In this document: positions 12,856 to 29,634 of the stretch, in pieces
Layout of the letters: the number at the start of each line of letters is the position of its first letter
How positions within the stretch are numbered: the stretch's first letter is position 1
From: Chrysomallon squamiferum
Taxonomy: Eukaryota > Animalia > Mollusca
Direction: 5' to 3'
Length of the DNA: 64,000 nucleotides
Assembly (NCBI GenBank): GCA_012295275.1
Contig: CM022679.1
Coordinates: forward strand, 16,554,001-16,618,000
Translations under genes and position numbers: made by a program
The notes under the pieces: model-generated
What the model was told of the DNA's origin: nothing
Databases searched by the model: none
The model's input: the letters and a program-made list of their open reading frames with translations, nothing else

Positions 12856-14094
12856 CTAGTTTACTGAAAGAGATTTTGATGCCTTTTTATATTCGTAACA
12901 TAAAACAATAACTCTGTACAAAAGGAGGATCGTTACAAACACGTTTTTGAAAGTGAAGAACAAGGATGCTGTAGGTAATCAGTGTGTACCGTATTACTGC
13001 ATATAAACGCACGCACAGAAACGGACAGTCTTGAAGAATAAACGTAAGAAGAATACTGTACACCTCCTGTTTCGAACTTTCGTTGGCAGTGAGACCCATG
13101 GTGAAGAGCATCATGCTGACGGACCACACTACAAAAATACCAATCGTCAGTGACCGATCCTGTCTGATGGGCGTTTCGTCAAACAGAACGAAAAGTTCAG
13201 AAGTGTCGGACGCCAAACCGATGTATACGAACAGAAGTTGTGAAAGCTGGTCACGTGACAGCTTCCCTCTCGGCAACATCAGTCTCGCCAAGACCATGAG
13301 GAACAGCATCCCTTGTTCGATGACGGACACCCAGATGTCTGGGACAAGAGTAACTGGTAAGGTAACCTGCAACATTAATGTAGATTTGGATTAATGTACA
13401 AATTACACTTCCATCGATATGCGAGAAATATTAAAGACAGAATATATAGCATCGACAAAATAGTGATATGTATTTATGGTAGGTCAAAGATAACTATCTA
13501 GCGTAAAAATATAAATGAATAAAATAACTTGCGAATTATTAATTTGTATACATGTGTGTGCGTATAATGTAATGTATATTGGTGTGTATATAGAAAGACA
13601 GACAGACAGACAGACAGATAGATAGATATATAGATAGATGGATAGATAGATAGATATATAAATTGACTGATAGATATACAGACAGACAGACAGCTGATAT
13701 ACATCAAAACAATTTAGTCCAGTAGATACAACGTGATCGTGAAATAATAAATAATAGCAGTAGCAGTAGTAGTAGTAGTAGTAGTAGTAGTTGTAGTAGT
13801 AGTCGTAGCAGTAGTAGTAGTCGTAGTGGTAGTAATAATAATAATAAAATACTTTTATAAATAATTTAAATGATTTAGCAACTTACTCCTTCTATAGGTA
13901 TTAGTGACTCGAACGTTTCGTTCTGACTTTGGTATATTTCTGTATAGCGATCCAGTCTGTTCATTTCTAACAGACATATGGCAGGGATAGTACTCAGCAA
14001 ATAGCAAGCGAAACAAACACAAAACCTAGAAGCACATTACCAAAACAAAATAAATAGAGTTTCTTTAAGGTTATTTTTTTTTCATTTATTTAAC

Positions 14095-14127
<33 letters not shown>

Positions 14128-14565
14128 GTTTTTGTTTTTTTGTTTGCATTTTTTTAATAAAATAATATGTTCCATTTAACTGAAGCTGCACATTAGCTTG
14201 GTTTAAATATTTTAATTGCTCAATTTATATGGTTGAAATTAAAATGCTTAATTGTCATTTTTAAAGTTTATCCAGCTACACGTCCTACTTTAATCACATA
14301 AGAGAAGCATAAATATTTCACCTGTACTGAAACAAATTTCAAAGTATTACGCATAAGAGTGTTACCTGGGTTTTTCCTCCCATTGTTTTCTGATAATGAT
14401 GTAGATTGTTTCGCCGAAGGGTATCAATAGCAGAAGGAGGAGGAACCAATACAGCGTTTGACCGTAAACCGACACGACCCGCCAGTAGGCCAACACAGAG
14501 TGTACTGACAACAGCAGACGAACAAACAATGCCGAAACAATTCGCAGTACAATTGCTTGTTTCAT
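12856..14565 (-). CDS. TMEM26: TMEM26-like protein, copy C (join 14565-14366, 14025-13887, 13366-12856) with an apparent 1-nt insertion near 12961-12965
   Basis: Canonical splice sites. Contains HSVLAYWRV, YLLSTIPAICLLE, LPRGKLSRDQLSQLL and QDCPFLCVRL. As written the frame stops at 12887; removing one base restores FFTFKNVFVTILLLYRV...SVN* ending at 12856. Confidence 0.85.
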
Positions 14566-15148
14566 TTTGAATCCTTTTTCTGGTTATAAAAATCGAAAAC
14601 TTATTCTCTTAATGTTTTAAAGATAAAATCCACAATCTTTCTTGTCAAATGGCTTTTAGAACAAACTTCTTAGGGTTAACAACAGAAAAAGATCTGTTTT
14701 ACCAGTGCCAAATGAAGCAATCGAAGTTTGAGATATAACGTGTTTCTGTAACAAATCAACGGTATCCGACTTTTAGGGCTCTTCTAATTTAATAAAAACC
14801 ACGATCACGTTAATCCTTTATAAAGATATATTTTTCAATGAACTTGATTCTAATAATAGTAACATCATCAACAAACAACAAAAAGTGTTTTTGTGTTTAT
14901 TCAAACTTTTTTAGTCGTGATAATATATTGATATCTTAATATTCAATTAAGTTTTCCTTTCTACGTTTGTATCGACCGATTTGTTTTGACAATCGCAGAC
15001 CATAATATTAATCGTTCTTGTATGCACACTGACTGAATTATAATAGACAACTATACCGTAGTGTTATATTTACAGAACTAATATCATAATTGTAGTTTAC
15101 CATATAATTGAATTTAACTTCGTTATCTGAAAATGTAAGAGAGAACAC

Positions 15149-15206
<58 letters not shown>

Positions 15207-16080
15207 TACATACATACATAATCTATAGGTGTTTTCAAAATCATTCTCGATAACAGATACAAAGCAATAAAAATAAGAAATCAAATAAATATGTATCAAT
15301 GTTGATAAATGACAATTGTGTTTACAACGAGTTCATCACGACAAATGACAGATATCAAAGACTGTCTGCGTGTGCATTCAGCCATAATAACCTAAGCTCA
15401 GCATAATAATTCAATATTATTGACATATCGTTCAGAGATAACTATCGAGAATAATGACAATAAAAAGTCACGGACTTCTTTGAAATCCTCTTTTTCTCTC
15501 TCTCTTCCCCTTACGCACTCGTTATCACGCCACCACATTTAAATAACACTATGTCTCGAGCAGAGCATTCATTCAAGATAATCATATATTTATTTTCCTG
15601 TCGTCAAAACAAATTGATTTTGTTGTGATTACGGCTCGGAAACACTGACCTATTATTTTGTACTGACGTTAGAAAACAGCATTATCTCCACTACGGCTTT
15701 GGTTAAACTGAAACTGGAAAATACTCTCCATTCAAATTACGCTTTAATAACAACTATTAATAGCTACAAAGTAAACAGGTTTACATTAACGTAATTTTCT
15801 GATCTTTGGATTTTTTAAAATAATTTGTTTCATCTTTTATATACGTCTGATTTACTATTAATCTCTCTCTCTCTGTCTCTAAGATACTCATATACATAAT
15901 TACATAGACATATACATACCTGCACTAATACACACGTACATACCTACAAGTTAATTAACAAAACACAAAATGAAAGAATGAAGAAAAAAAACAACAACAA
16001 TCAAGTCTGTAAATTATTAACAAGTATTTTATTATAATCACATAGATGTCCATTACAATTTTATAAAATAATCCGCTGTT

Positions 16081-17496
16081 CTATTCACTGTCGAGTCCGA
16101 AACAGAACGTACAGAATCTATATACAAGAATCACTGTTACGAATATATTTTTGAAGGTGAAAAAAATGATACTATACGTAATTAGCTGGTAGTGTATTAA
16201 AGCATACAAACGCACGATCAGATAAGGCAAATCTTGTAGAACAAACGTTAATAAAATACTTAAAAGTTTCTTCTTTTCGTCTTCAGCGGCAGTCAAACCA
16301 GAGGTGAAGAGAAACATACTGACAGACCAAACAACGAGGATGACGATTGTCAGAGCTCTGTCCTGTCTAACCTGGGATTCGTCAAAGAGTAGAAACAGAT
16401 CAGAGTTGTCAGAAGCCAAGCCGATGTAGACGAGCACCAACTGCGACAACTTCTCCCGAGACAGCTTTCCTCTCGGCAGCAGCAATCTCGCAGAGATCAT
16501 CAGAAACAGCATTGCTTGCTCGATGAACGATACCCAGATGTCTGGAGACAGTTTGACTGGCAGAGTTACCTGAAGAGTAATTAATAAGCATATTCAAATA
16601 ATATATTATATTATGCAAAACAGACAGACATATGTAGAAATATCTAGAACCTAACAAATGTTTTTGTTCATAATGATTAGAGTTAAACTTACTCCATCTA
16701 TAGGCGTCAGTGATTCTCGCTGAGTAACATTCTTCGAACCGTATATTTCTGTATAGCGATCCAGTCTGTTCATTTCTAACAGACAAATGGCAGGGATAGT
16801 ACTCAGCAAATAACAGAAAAAACACGAACAAAACCTGACGAGAGAGAGAGAGAAAATAAAAATATACATACATATATATATATGCACAGACAAACACATA
16901 CACATACGCACACACGCACATACTGGTCAGAATATTCGTAGAACAACTATTTGAATTTAGCTGTTCATTAAGTTTAATATTATGATCAAATGGATTATTT
17001 ATAGTTCGTTCTCCGCATAAACAATAAAATCCTTTGCCTTTACGTACCATTTTATTAATTAAATATTCAAGTATATTTGTCATATTAAGGAATAATGTAC
17101 TTTTATTATAATAGTATAGCAGTCCCATGTTTTGCTTCAGTAATTCTTAAACATAAACATGATCAGATTTATCACCCAAATTTAAAAAAAATAAAAAGTG
17201 ATATTCACGAAAACCTGAACCAGTTGAAGTTTCAAAAATGGAATTAATATAAGAAAATATTCCTCTGTTTAATTTTTTTTTCTTCGATTGACTTACCAAT
17301 TGTTCTCTCTGCAATCTTGTTTAACGATGATTCTGATTAGCTCGACGACGGGTATAACAAGAAGAAAAAGCAGGAGCCAGTATGTTTTGTCTTCGTAAAC
17401 AGTTACTACTCGCCAATAGGCCAGCATCGAATGAATCACCAATATGATACGAACAACACAAGCCTTCAAAATGTGACACCTCGTAAAACCTTCCAT
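16081..17496 (-). CDS. TMEM26: TMEM26-like protein, copy D (join 17496-17297, 16834-16693, 16569-16081; about 276 aa)
   Basis: ATG of MEGF at 17496 (the ORF-track start at 17541 is a TTG). Donors TG|GTAAGT and GGA|GTAAGT. Contains HSMLAYWRV, LPRGKLSREKLSQL, QDLPYLIVRL and FFTFKN. Confidence 0.9.
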
Positions 17497-17933
17497 TTTG
17501 TACTTTTTCGGTCTTTTCTGTTGTTTTTTTTTTTTTTTCAATGTAGAATTTTTATTTTATGACTGATACTGAAGACTTGAATGTTACAGAGACGTGTTGC
17601 CTTTACACACAAAATAAAAATGTTATCTCTAACTCGCTTCACGACTTCCTAGCGAAATGAAAGACGCAGCCTGTGTTTTTACTGTATAAAGAAAGTCGGC
17701 TTTTAGAGCGAAATATTTATAATCAGTATGACAGAAACCGAAACTAAGAATTTATTTTCTCTGAAGGATTGTCTCTTGATTACGCAACACGTCATGCATA
17801 AGCATGTGCACCGAAGTGTCATGAACATATCACCTGATTAGAACGAATTTATAACACAAAGAACTTTCGATAAAACACTTTATTTTCATTTATTTATGAA
17901 TAATTTATTTATTATTCATTATTATTATTATTA

Positions 17934-17980
<47 letters not shown>

Positions 17981-18913
17981 TTATTGAATATCTTTATTAT
18001 GATATGTTATATATATAATTAAAACAGTTAATAAAATTTTTCGTATTTCGGAAACAGTTGTGATTTAGAATTAGAATATTAGATTTATATTACAATATTA
18101 TTTGCTGTCCTTTAAATTTAGAACTAGCATACACACGCACACACATACACTTACACACACATAAACATATATACAAAATATAAATACATCCATATAGACA
18201 TACATACATATATATATTTTTCATTTCTTTTTCTTTCTTTTTTTAAATGAATTTATTAATTTCTTCTTCTTCTTCTTTTAATTAATAACTAAGTATGGCA
18301 ATAAAAGAATACATTTTGAAAAAAAATATATATTATTTTTTTTATTATTATTATTTTTTAGTCATCGTTTTGGCGAACCGATTTGTTTTAATAACATTTC
18401 TTGTGTGGTTTCTAGAAAAAAAACATATATGTATGTATGTGCGCGCGTGCGTGCGTGCGTGCGTGCGTGTGTGTGTGTGTGTGTGTGGCTGTCAGTCCTT
18501 CGATTACAGGATGACGCCACGACTCCAGTTATTATTATTTTATTATCATACTTTGTTACGAACGTTCATAAATCGTCCAAATAATAACTTGGAAATAAAA
18601 AGAATTCTATCAGACCACGTATGTGCATCGCCACTTTAATGTCATCTGTGTGACAAAATAACGAAGAAGCTGTGGTAAATTAACATTTTTAATTTCACGA
18701 GCAAGCACGAAAAAGCAAAGTTAGGTCATACATACCCGGTACAGCATTAAACATAAATAAAACTGATAATGTTTCTATTTGCTTAGTCCAGGTATTTAAT
18801 GATAAAGCAATGTGTGCAAGATATTTTATAGCTGAGGTCATCCAACCCTTTCCACCGAGAAATGTGTGTAAACAACATATATAAGGGCCAATCGCAGAAA
18901 TATTAAGCAAATG

Positions 18914-18946
<33 letters not shown>

Positions 18947-19015
18947 TGCACACAAATACACACAAACACATACACACAAACTCAGGTATACATATACACT
19001 ATACATAGACTACAT

Positions 19016-19097
<82 letters not shown>

Positions 19098-19869
19098 TGT
19101 GCAGTTTAAAATGAAGAATCTCAATAAATTATTTTCTCTCATCTTTTTGCAAATACAGATTTATAAGATCAATGGTTATAAAAAGGACTTTGTAATTATC
19201 CTGTATGTGTGAGTGCGAGGGCGCGCGTGTTTGTGTAAAATGAGATAAGAGTATTTTATATATATATATATATATAATGCTAAGCGCAAGGAGTGTAAAC
19301 AGAAAATAATATTAGTCACTGTGACCTAACCTGGACCATGATACTCGTCACCAACGTCTGTAGAACCACCAGATCAGTTATCTAGAAGATTTATTTAGGT
19401 ATAAATTGAACCAGAATGAGTAACAATACCATCTCAGTTATGTTATTATTCAGAAACATAATACACTGTAGAAGACACCTTCCAACCTTTTTAAGTCTTC
19501 CTTTCAATTTTTGTCTGTCGTTACTGTCTGAGTTGATTCTGTATTGAATTAAGCCCCGCAAGTCGACGTACTCGCTAGACAGCAGCCAAACTGTAAACCA
19601 TCAGATAAAAGTAACTAAAATGTAAATTCATTATTTAATACTTTCAGACACGTTCTGAACTGATCACTCTTTTAAGAACTGTAATATTTCTACAGGTTTT
19701 CTTGCAACAAAACCTCTTCGTGAAGACGACCAAATTTGCCTCTATGAAAATAACGTTGAAGATATTATGCCATCGTAAGAAAAAGTGAAACAAATGATTT
19801 AACGTTACCAAAGTAAAATCAAAGGCGATTCAAATATAAGTGTGGAAACAAGTCTATGAGGACGGCTGA

Positions 19870-20250
19870 CATTTCAGTGTGAAAATAACGACAGAAAGAT
19901 AACTGACATTATTTTGTGAAAATAATACTGAAAGCTACAGAAATTATCGTGTGAAAATGAAAAATAACTGATACTATTGTGTCTGTATTATACGACTATG
20001 AAAATAAATGATATTATTGTTTGAAAATAAGAAGAAAAGCATTGATATTATTGTGTGAAAATACAACTATGAAAATAAATGATATTATTGTGGGAAAATA
20101 AGACTATAAAAATAACATTATTGTGGGAAAATACGACTATCAAAATAAATGATATTATTGTGTGAAAATACGACTGTTAAAATAAATGATATTACTGTAT
20201 GAAAATACGACTATGAAAGCAATTGATATTAAAGTGTGAAAATAAAATTA
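19870..20250. repeat. Degenerate minisatellite of about 36-40 bp (GTGTGAAAATACGACTATGAAAATAAATGATATTATT)
   Basis: About 9-10 diverged copies downstream of the copy E stop codon. Confidence 0.8.
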
Positions 20251-20345
20251 CAAAAATTACCCTTTATTTACTCTTTCTTAAAACTAGGGATATCCCAAAG
20301 TGTAGATATACTGGTATGAACTAATAATAATAATAATAATAATAA

Positions 20346-20376
<31 letters not shown>

Positions 20377-20481
20377 AAGAAGAAGAAGAAAACTAAATAA
20401 ATTAATAAAACTGTCTGTTAAAATATAATATCGTGATCCTCAAGCTGTAGAAGTATAGCAGTTATTAAAAGGATTTTGCTA

Positions 20482-20607
<126 letters not shown>

Positions 20608-20643
20608 TCGATAACAATAAGAACAATAACAACAATAATAATT

Positions 20644-23417
<2,774 letters not shown>

Positions 23418-24434
23418 TGCGAATAGTACTTGGTTTTTGACGTAATCCGAAAAATCTGAAGAATATTGTTAATATTTTCTTTGATTATTTTATACGAAAA
23501 AACGGTATACTAAATTATTTTATCAGATGACTAATTTAGAAAGGCTTTTTCTTAATTTTATTCTGATATTCACGAAGTAATTTGAACACAGACTGTAGAA
23601 AGAAAATTTGTAGAAAGGTTCATATCTTTGATAACAACGTTTCATGCAGTGCAAAGAAATATGTCAAAAAATTCCATTTCATGCTGCAGAGTTGTATTCA
23701 CTTTAGCTAATATCACTGAATTAAGACAACACAAATATATTAGCTGAACTTCAATTTCTTCAGAAACAGTTAATCGTGATCGAATCCAGAGAGGGTTAAA
23801 ATTTCATCTCCGACGAATTTCAGAATTTTCAGAGATGTTGAGAGAGTGTTGTCAGTTCAAGCAGTTTCTGGTATTCACAGAAAGTTAAAAAGATAAAATA
23901 TAATATCGTGACTTTCGTGCACGATTCGATTTTAACAACTCTCGACTGACTTACACCAGACAATAACTCGACTCGGGCTTAACCCCAAGTTTTAACAATT
24001 CTGTGCGTCCAGTCGGCCGTTCTGTGCAGTGAAAAACTGGCTGGTCATTTGTTTTGTACAAACCTGCTCTGTCAATAAGTCAGATGTTCACATACGTTTG
24101 AATAGAACATTTCGCGCAAGGACAGGTTCGGATCAAGTACAACCAGAAATACAATAGATGGACAATAATAGAACTTATTGTCTTTTCGGTCGTCAGCGAC
24201 TTGAAATACAGAAAGTGAAAATATAATTTTAAAAGTAATATGCTAGCAAAGTTTGCACTGTCAAAAATGTTCAAAAGAACGAAAAATATGCACATACAAC
24301 GGCTTGAATTCTTTACAACATAATGAATGACGAAATAAAAATAACAATAATATTAATGACAAATACAAAACTGAGAAAAATAAATATGATAATATTAACA
24401 GCAACAGCAACAGTAACAACAAAAACAAAACACC

Positions 24435-24512
<78 letters not shown>

Positions 24513-24573
24513 GATGATGATGGTGGTGGTGATTATGATAATGCTGCTAATGACAGGATAACAGGGTACTCAC

Positions 24574-24729
24574 CTATGTACGTCTAGGTGTACAAGACGG
24601 AATCACACATCTTGCGGCAACCTGCTGGTTGTGACCTTTCTAACAAAACTGATGTTAACCATTACGTGTAGTTCTTCTAACTCCGCATTCCTCGCTAAAT
24701 GATTCAACTGTATTGTTCTAGCTTCTGAC
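24574..24729 (-). other. Probable non-coding 5'-UTR exon of TMEM26 copy E
   Basis: 156-nt segment bounded by a TTTTTTCAG acceptor and an AG|GTGAGT donor on the minus strand, with stops in all three frames. The first coding exon of E also has an acceptor (TTCTTCAG at 23456) 38 nt upstream of its ATG. Confidence 0.55.
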
Positions 24730-24764
24730 CTGAAAAAATCTGTACCACAACGTTCAGAAGTAGA

Positions 24765-24817
<53 letters not shown>

Positions 24818-25440
24818 TAACAACAACAATAAAAAAAAATGCATAATGACATTGATGATGATGATGATAATAATTATAATAATTTAAATGAAAAAGAAGA
24901 AGAAGTGAAATGAAAGAAATGTTGTTTAAGGTGTGGCAGGCTCTGGAAGCAAGAAGTACATTATTTGACAACACGTTTTTATCAGCAGCAAGGGGAGGTG
25001 GTGATGCGTTGTCCAGTGAAGCAGGGAGGGGCTCTGTCTGAAACGGGAAATAACACGGACATGCTGATATTGCGACCTGACACGACATGACCCGACTCTG
25101 TAGTACTGAGCTACGAAATAATCCATATACCAAATCCAACAAACAAACAAACAAATAAATCACATTACAGCAAGAATGTACTTTTAAATCCTTAAAAATA
25201 ATAATTTCTTCGGGGATTTTATTATCATCATCATGATCATTCGTGTTGTTGTTGTTGTTATTTTGTTTTGTTTTTTGTTATTTTTAATTTTGTTTATTTA
25301 TTTATTTATTTATTTGTTTGTTTATTTATTATTAGTATTATTATTATTTTTTAGATTTTTGGTTATTGTTGTTTTATTAGTATTATTATTATTTTTTTTT
25401 TGCTATTGTTGTTTTGTCGTTACTGTTATTGTTGCTATAT

Positions 25441-25472
<32 letters not shown>

Positions 25473-26979
25473 TGACATCGCTGTTACTACCATTACTTCT
25501 ACAGCTGCTGTTGCTGTCATTTATATGTTCTATTACTGTTATTTTTTAAAACTGTACTCACGTCCACCCACCTCAGGTAATGTACGCGTGCTATTATCAT
25601 GCGCCATATTTATTTGTGTTGGCAGCTAAACAATACTGGTTTTTCGAAATAACAAACGAGTAAGGAATAAAATAAATGTTTATATCTGTTAATACGCAGC
25701 ATAAATTCAACATTTTGTTGGTTCTATATAAAAGTCGCTGCTAATAATGTTTACGATTTTTCCTGCCTTGGCCGAAATGTTCTACCCAAGATGATATGAT
25801 ATGGTTGGGAAAATATTTATATTTCTATTATTCATCTGTGATTTCATGAAAGTATTATTTTTCTGTACTATTGTTTCATAGACATAATGTGCTTTTAAAT
25901 TTCATTTTATTTTGTTGTTTTTCATTTTATTTTGTTGTTTTTCATTGTGTGTGTGTGTGTTTGTGTGTATGTGTGTGTGTGTGTGTGTGTGAAAATTGAT
26001 ATAAAACAGTTTTTTCAGCAAAATAATTTTACGATAATCATGTGTCATAATCAAATTTTATTTAGTACATTTAATAAACACAGTTTAATATTTTCTAACA
26101 GGAGTAAGTCGAGAAATTCGACTTAGTCTTTGTAGTAGAAATGTTCTAGGTATTTTTTATTTATTTTTACTTATAAAGAATATCATGATGTTATTCACAT
26201 TATTGTAGTGATTTATTATAATGTTAAATATAAATTAGGTATATTTTACAATAGTATTCATGCACATCCTTCATTAATGACTACTATTAAATATTTTTAT
26301 ATACACATCACACCTATACATATACATTTCATAAACATGCTAAATACACTGTAGACATACATATGTTTATGCATATAGATAGACATATACACACATAAAC
26401 GCATGCATCCATACAAATATGAAAAACTATATACTCGTAGACACCTACATCTGAATATATACTGACACACAGACAAATGTATAAAATTACACACTAATGT
26501 TTATACACAGACACCAATACTGATGCAAATGTATCACACATCGATATATATGCATACATTTAATTTCTATTAAAAAAAGAAATAAAGAAATAAAGAAATG
26601 AAATAAAATAATATAAAATAACATAAAATAAAATAAAATAACTCAGTCCTGGAATGCATGGAGAGAGAAGCTTTTCTGTAAACATTAATAAAAATATGAA
26701 ACAGGGATGTATCTTAGAACCTGCTTATGAGAAAAGCACACGAAACACTTCAGTGATTCTGCTGTGTAATACAGCATATGCCGCTGTTTAAACATTTTAT
26801 TTGTAAAAAATAAAGATATATTGTGTCTCTGTTTACCAGACAAACTACATCAATGACATTATCAAAAGAAGATGTCAATAATATATAAAAAAAAGTTATA
26901 GCAAGAATATGTCGCTCTAAATATTTCCGGTTTTAATGCTTTATAAATTACATTTAAAGCAAAAACGGGATACACTTAC

Positions 26980-27090
26980 CAGAGAGACAGACATATATCT
27001 ATAATGTTATCAATCGCCGTATAAAACATATCTAAGAAAACTTCTGTCAGCTTGTTTTCAGTTTTTAATGTTTTTATATAATCTGACTCA
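26980..27090 (-). promoter_or_regulatory. Candidate core promoter and first UTR exon of TMEM26 copy E (TATA, AP-1 site, GTAAGT donor)
   Basis: Minus-strand TATATAAAAA at 27080-27071, AP-1 heptamer TGACTCA at 27084-27090 and a perfect donor CTG|GTAAGT at 26979. Confidence 0.4.
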
Positions 27091-27395
27091 GAGGCTGCCG
27101 AGTCCTTGGACGGACAAAAACGTGGGTGCGGCATACACCCAGCATCCTCACACTGAGCGTTTTGTTACAAACGTGAACAGGAAAACAAGCGAAATGAATA
27201 AGACAGGTAGAGATGATCGTATTTCAATACAGGACATTTCTGTGTACATTTATATATCACGCTTCAGTGGTTTTCAGAAGTGACAGTTCTAATTCTCAAC
27301 TGTGTTTTATAGAGATTATATATTAAATTTATATACATATAGAAATATCTGTATATGTAGTATATATATATGTCTGTGTATATGTACACCTGCCT

Positions 27396-27452
<57 letters not shown>

Positions 27453-27780
27453 TGAGTAACCTATATATAGCCTAATAAGATTTTAAAAGTAGGACATTCT
27501 AATGTTAAAACTATTCGAACCATAAAACTGCTTAGCTAAGTGTTACCAAAGATCTTGGTAACGCATGAATGAACACTAATTTAATACTATATCTTTTTTG
27601 TAAGAAATATAAAAACTTGATAAAATAAACAAATATGATACTAATGTGTGAATATATATTCGTGTGTGTGATGCAGATGCACATGGAAAAGCAACATTTA
27701 AGAACACGATTCAAATTACTAATATTAGTTAATAATAATAATAATAATAATAACAAAACAATAATGATAGTGATGTAATG

Positions 27781-27823
<43 letters not shown>

Positions 27824-28085
27824 TGATAATGTGATTAAGAATATAACATTAACAAAGGCGTTGATTTTGAAAATAAGATGATGGCAAAATAACAACTACA
27901 ACAACAATAATACAAATAATAACAGACATTTTAATTTTAAATTAAATGCAAGCGTGCTAAACAGATCCATGTTGTTACTTTTCAATATGTAATTTTATTT
28001 AGATATAATTACAGTTAATAATATCATGGTTCTTATCATCAGTCGAGGAGCTGATCCAGCTGAAAACTGTTTGTTGCAGCATAGA

Positions 28086-28453
28086 ACAAGAGACTGAAAT
28101 GTGGAACAGTTATTCTGACAAGAAACTGAAATGTGGAACAGTTATTCTGACAAGAGACTGAAATGTGGAACAGTTATTCTGACAAGAGACTGAAATGTGG
28201 AACAGTTATTCTGACAAGAGACTGAAATGTGGAACAGTTATTCTGACAAGAGACTGAAATGTGGAACAGTTATTCTGACAAGAGACAGAAATGTAGAACA
28301 GTTATTCTGACAAGAAACAGAAATGTGGAACAGTTATTCTGACAAGAGACTGAAATGTGGAACAGTTATTCTGACAAGAGACAGAAATGTAGAACAGTTA
28401 TTCTGACAAGAGACTGAAATGTGGAACAGTTATTCTGACAAGAGACTGAAATG
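28086..28453. repeat. 32-bp tandem repeat (ACAAGAGACTGAAATGTGGAACAGTTATTCTG), about 11 copies
   Basis: Head-to-tail, nearly identical units with no spacers. Confidence 0.95.
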
Positions 28454-29598
28454 ACAAACATGCATTGATTTACACCAAAGAAACGTCAGCTTTCTAGCCT
28501 AATGTAAAATAGAATCTGTTTGCCATTTTACTTCTTTCCATGCCTACTTGTTAGAGAGAACTGGTTTAAGTAGAGTACTATTAAGAGTCGCAATACTGTT
28601 GCTTCTCCTTTCTATTCACCTTTCTATTCTCCTTTTTGATTCTGTATCTGAAATATATGCAAATTAGAACGGTCTAACATGTACATATTACGAGTAGACA
28701 CTGAAATGAGATTCATACAATGATTTACACCAAATAGACTGTCACTATTATAATCCAATGGCGTATTTTGCATTTATTTTTATTTTTTCGTTATTGTTGA
28801 TTTTTTAAAATGGCCTTTCATGATGATCTTTACATCATTTTTCTGGAATCGTGGGAAACTTAATCACGCATGCAAACTGGATGCATACTTCCTTAATTCA
28901 AGAACTAATTATTTCTTTGTGCGTAATTTAAATCGTTATAGGTTCACATTTCGCGGGTAATACCGACTCTAAAACATTCCTAGGATGATAAAATGTGCCG
29001 TCAAACCTGCTGACATTTCGCGCCACTATATTAATACATTTATTTGAAGGGTAAAATTAAGTTTGACGATGGCCATTTTCAGAAATGGCGTCCTCAACTA
29101 ATCAATTAAAAGGTAACATCGCTAATGTTATTTCTGCTGAACAAACATTATATTATTAATGGAAGGTTTTGATTACACGTGGTGTCTTGCTCTACTGACT
29201 AATAATTGATCAAATATATGCTTTTGTAAACACTCCCCCCTGCCCCACTAATTTCCTCCACACCGCTGCAGCAAATTAGAGAGAGCACAGTGCGAGAGTA
29301 CTACCAGACCTAAAACATGCCTGGGATGACGTCCAAACAAAACCATCAAACCTTTGAATTGTCGGGGTGCTACGAAATCAATTTTTAGGCCACGTTTGAA
29401 TAAACCTGTAGTTCTATTTCACTGAAACTTGGGAACTAATTTCCTTCTTATTAATGTTATTTCGCGTTCTGTTCAGTAGAAACAAACAGACAACGAGATA
29501 AACAGATAGACAGACAGAGAGATTGATTTAATATTTGCAAAAGGCATCTAACTTACTGTTTGGATATTTATGTAAAATACAAAATAATAAATAGACAT

Positions 29599-29634
<36 letters not shown>

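Noticed and set aside
16409-17128. 239-aa ORF as a single-exon gene
   Set aside because: It spans intronic microsatellite and reads exon 2 of copy D, then continues through the intron into an incorrect frame. The spliced model explains the homologous part.
28086-28453. 32-bp repeat as a CRISPR array
   Set aside because: Units are contiguous with no unique spacers, there are no cas genes and the context is eukaryotic. The same applies to the 22-, 25-, 27- and 47-bp arrays.
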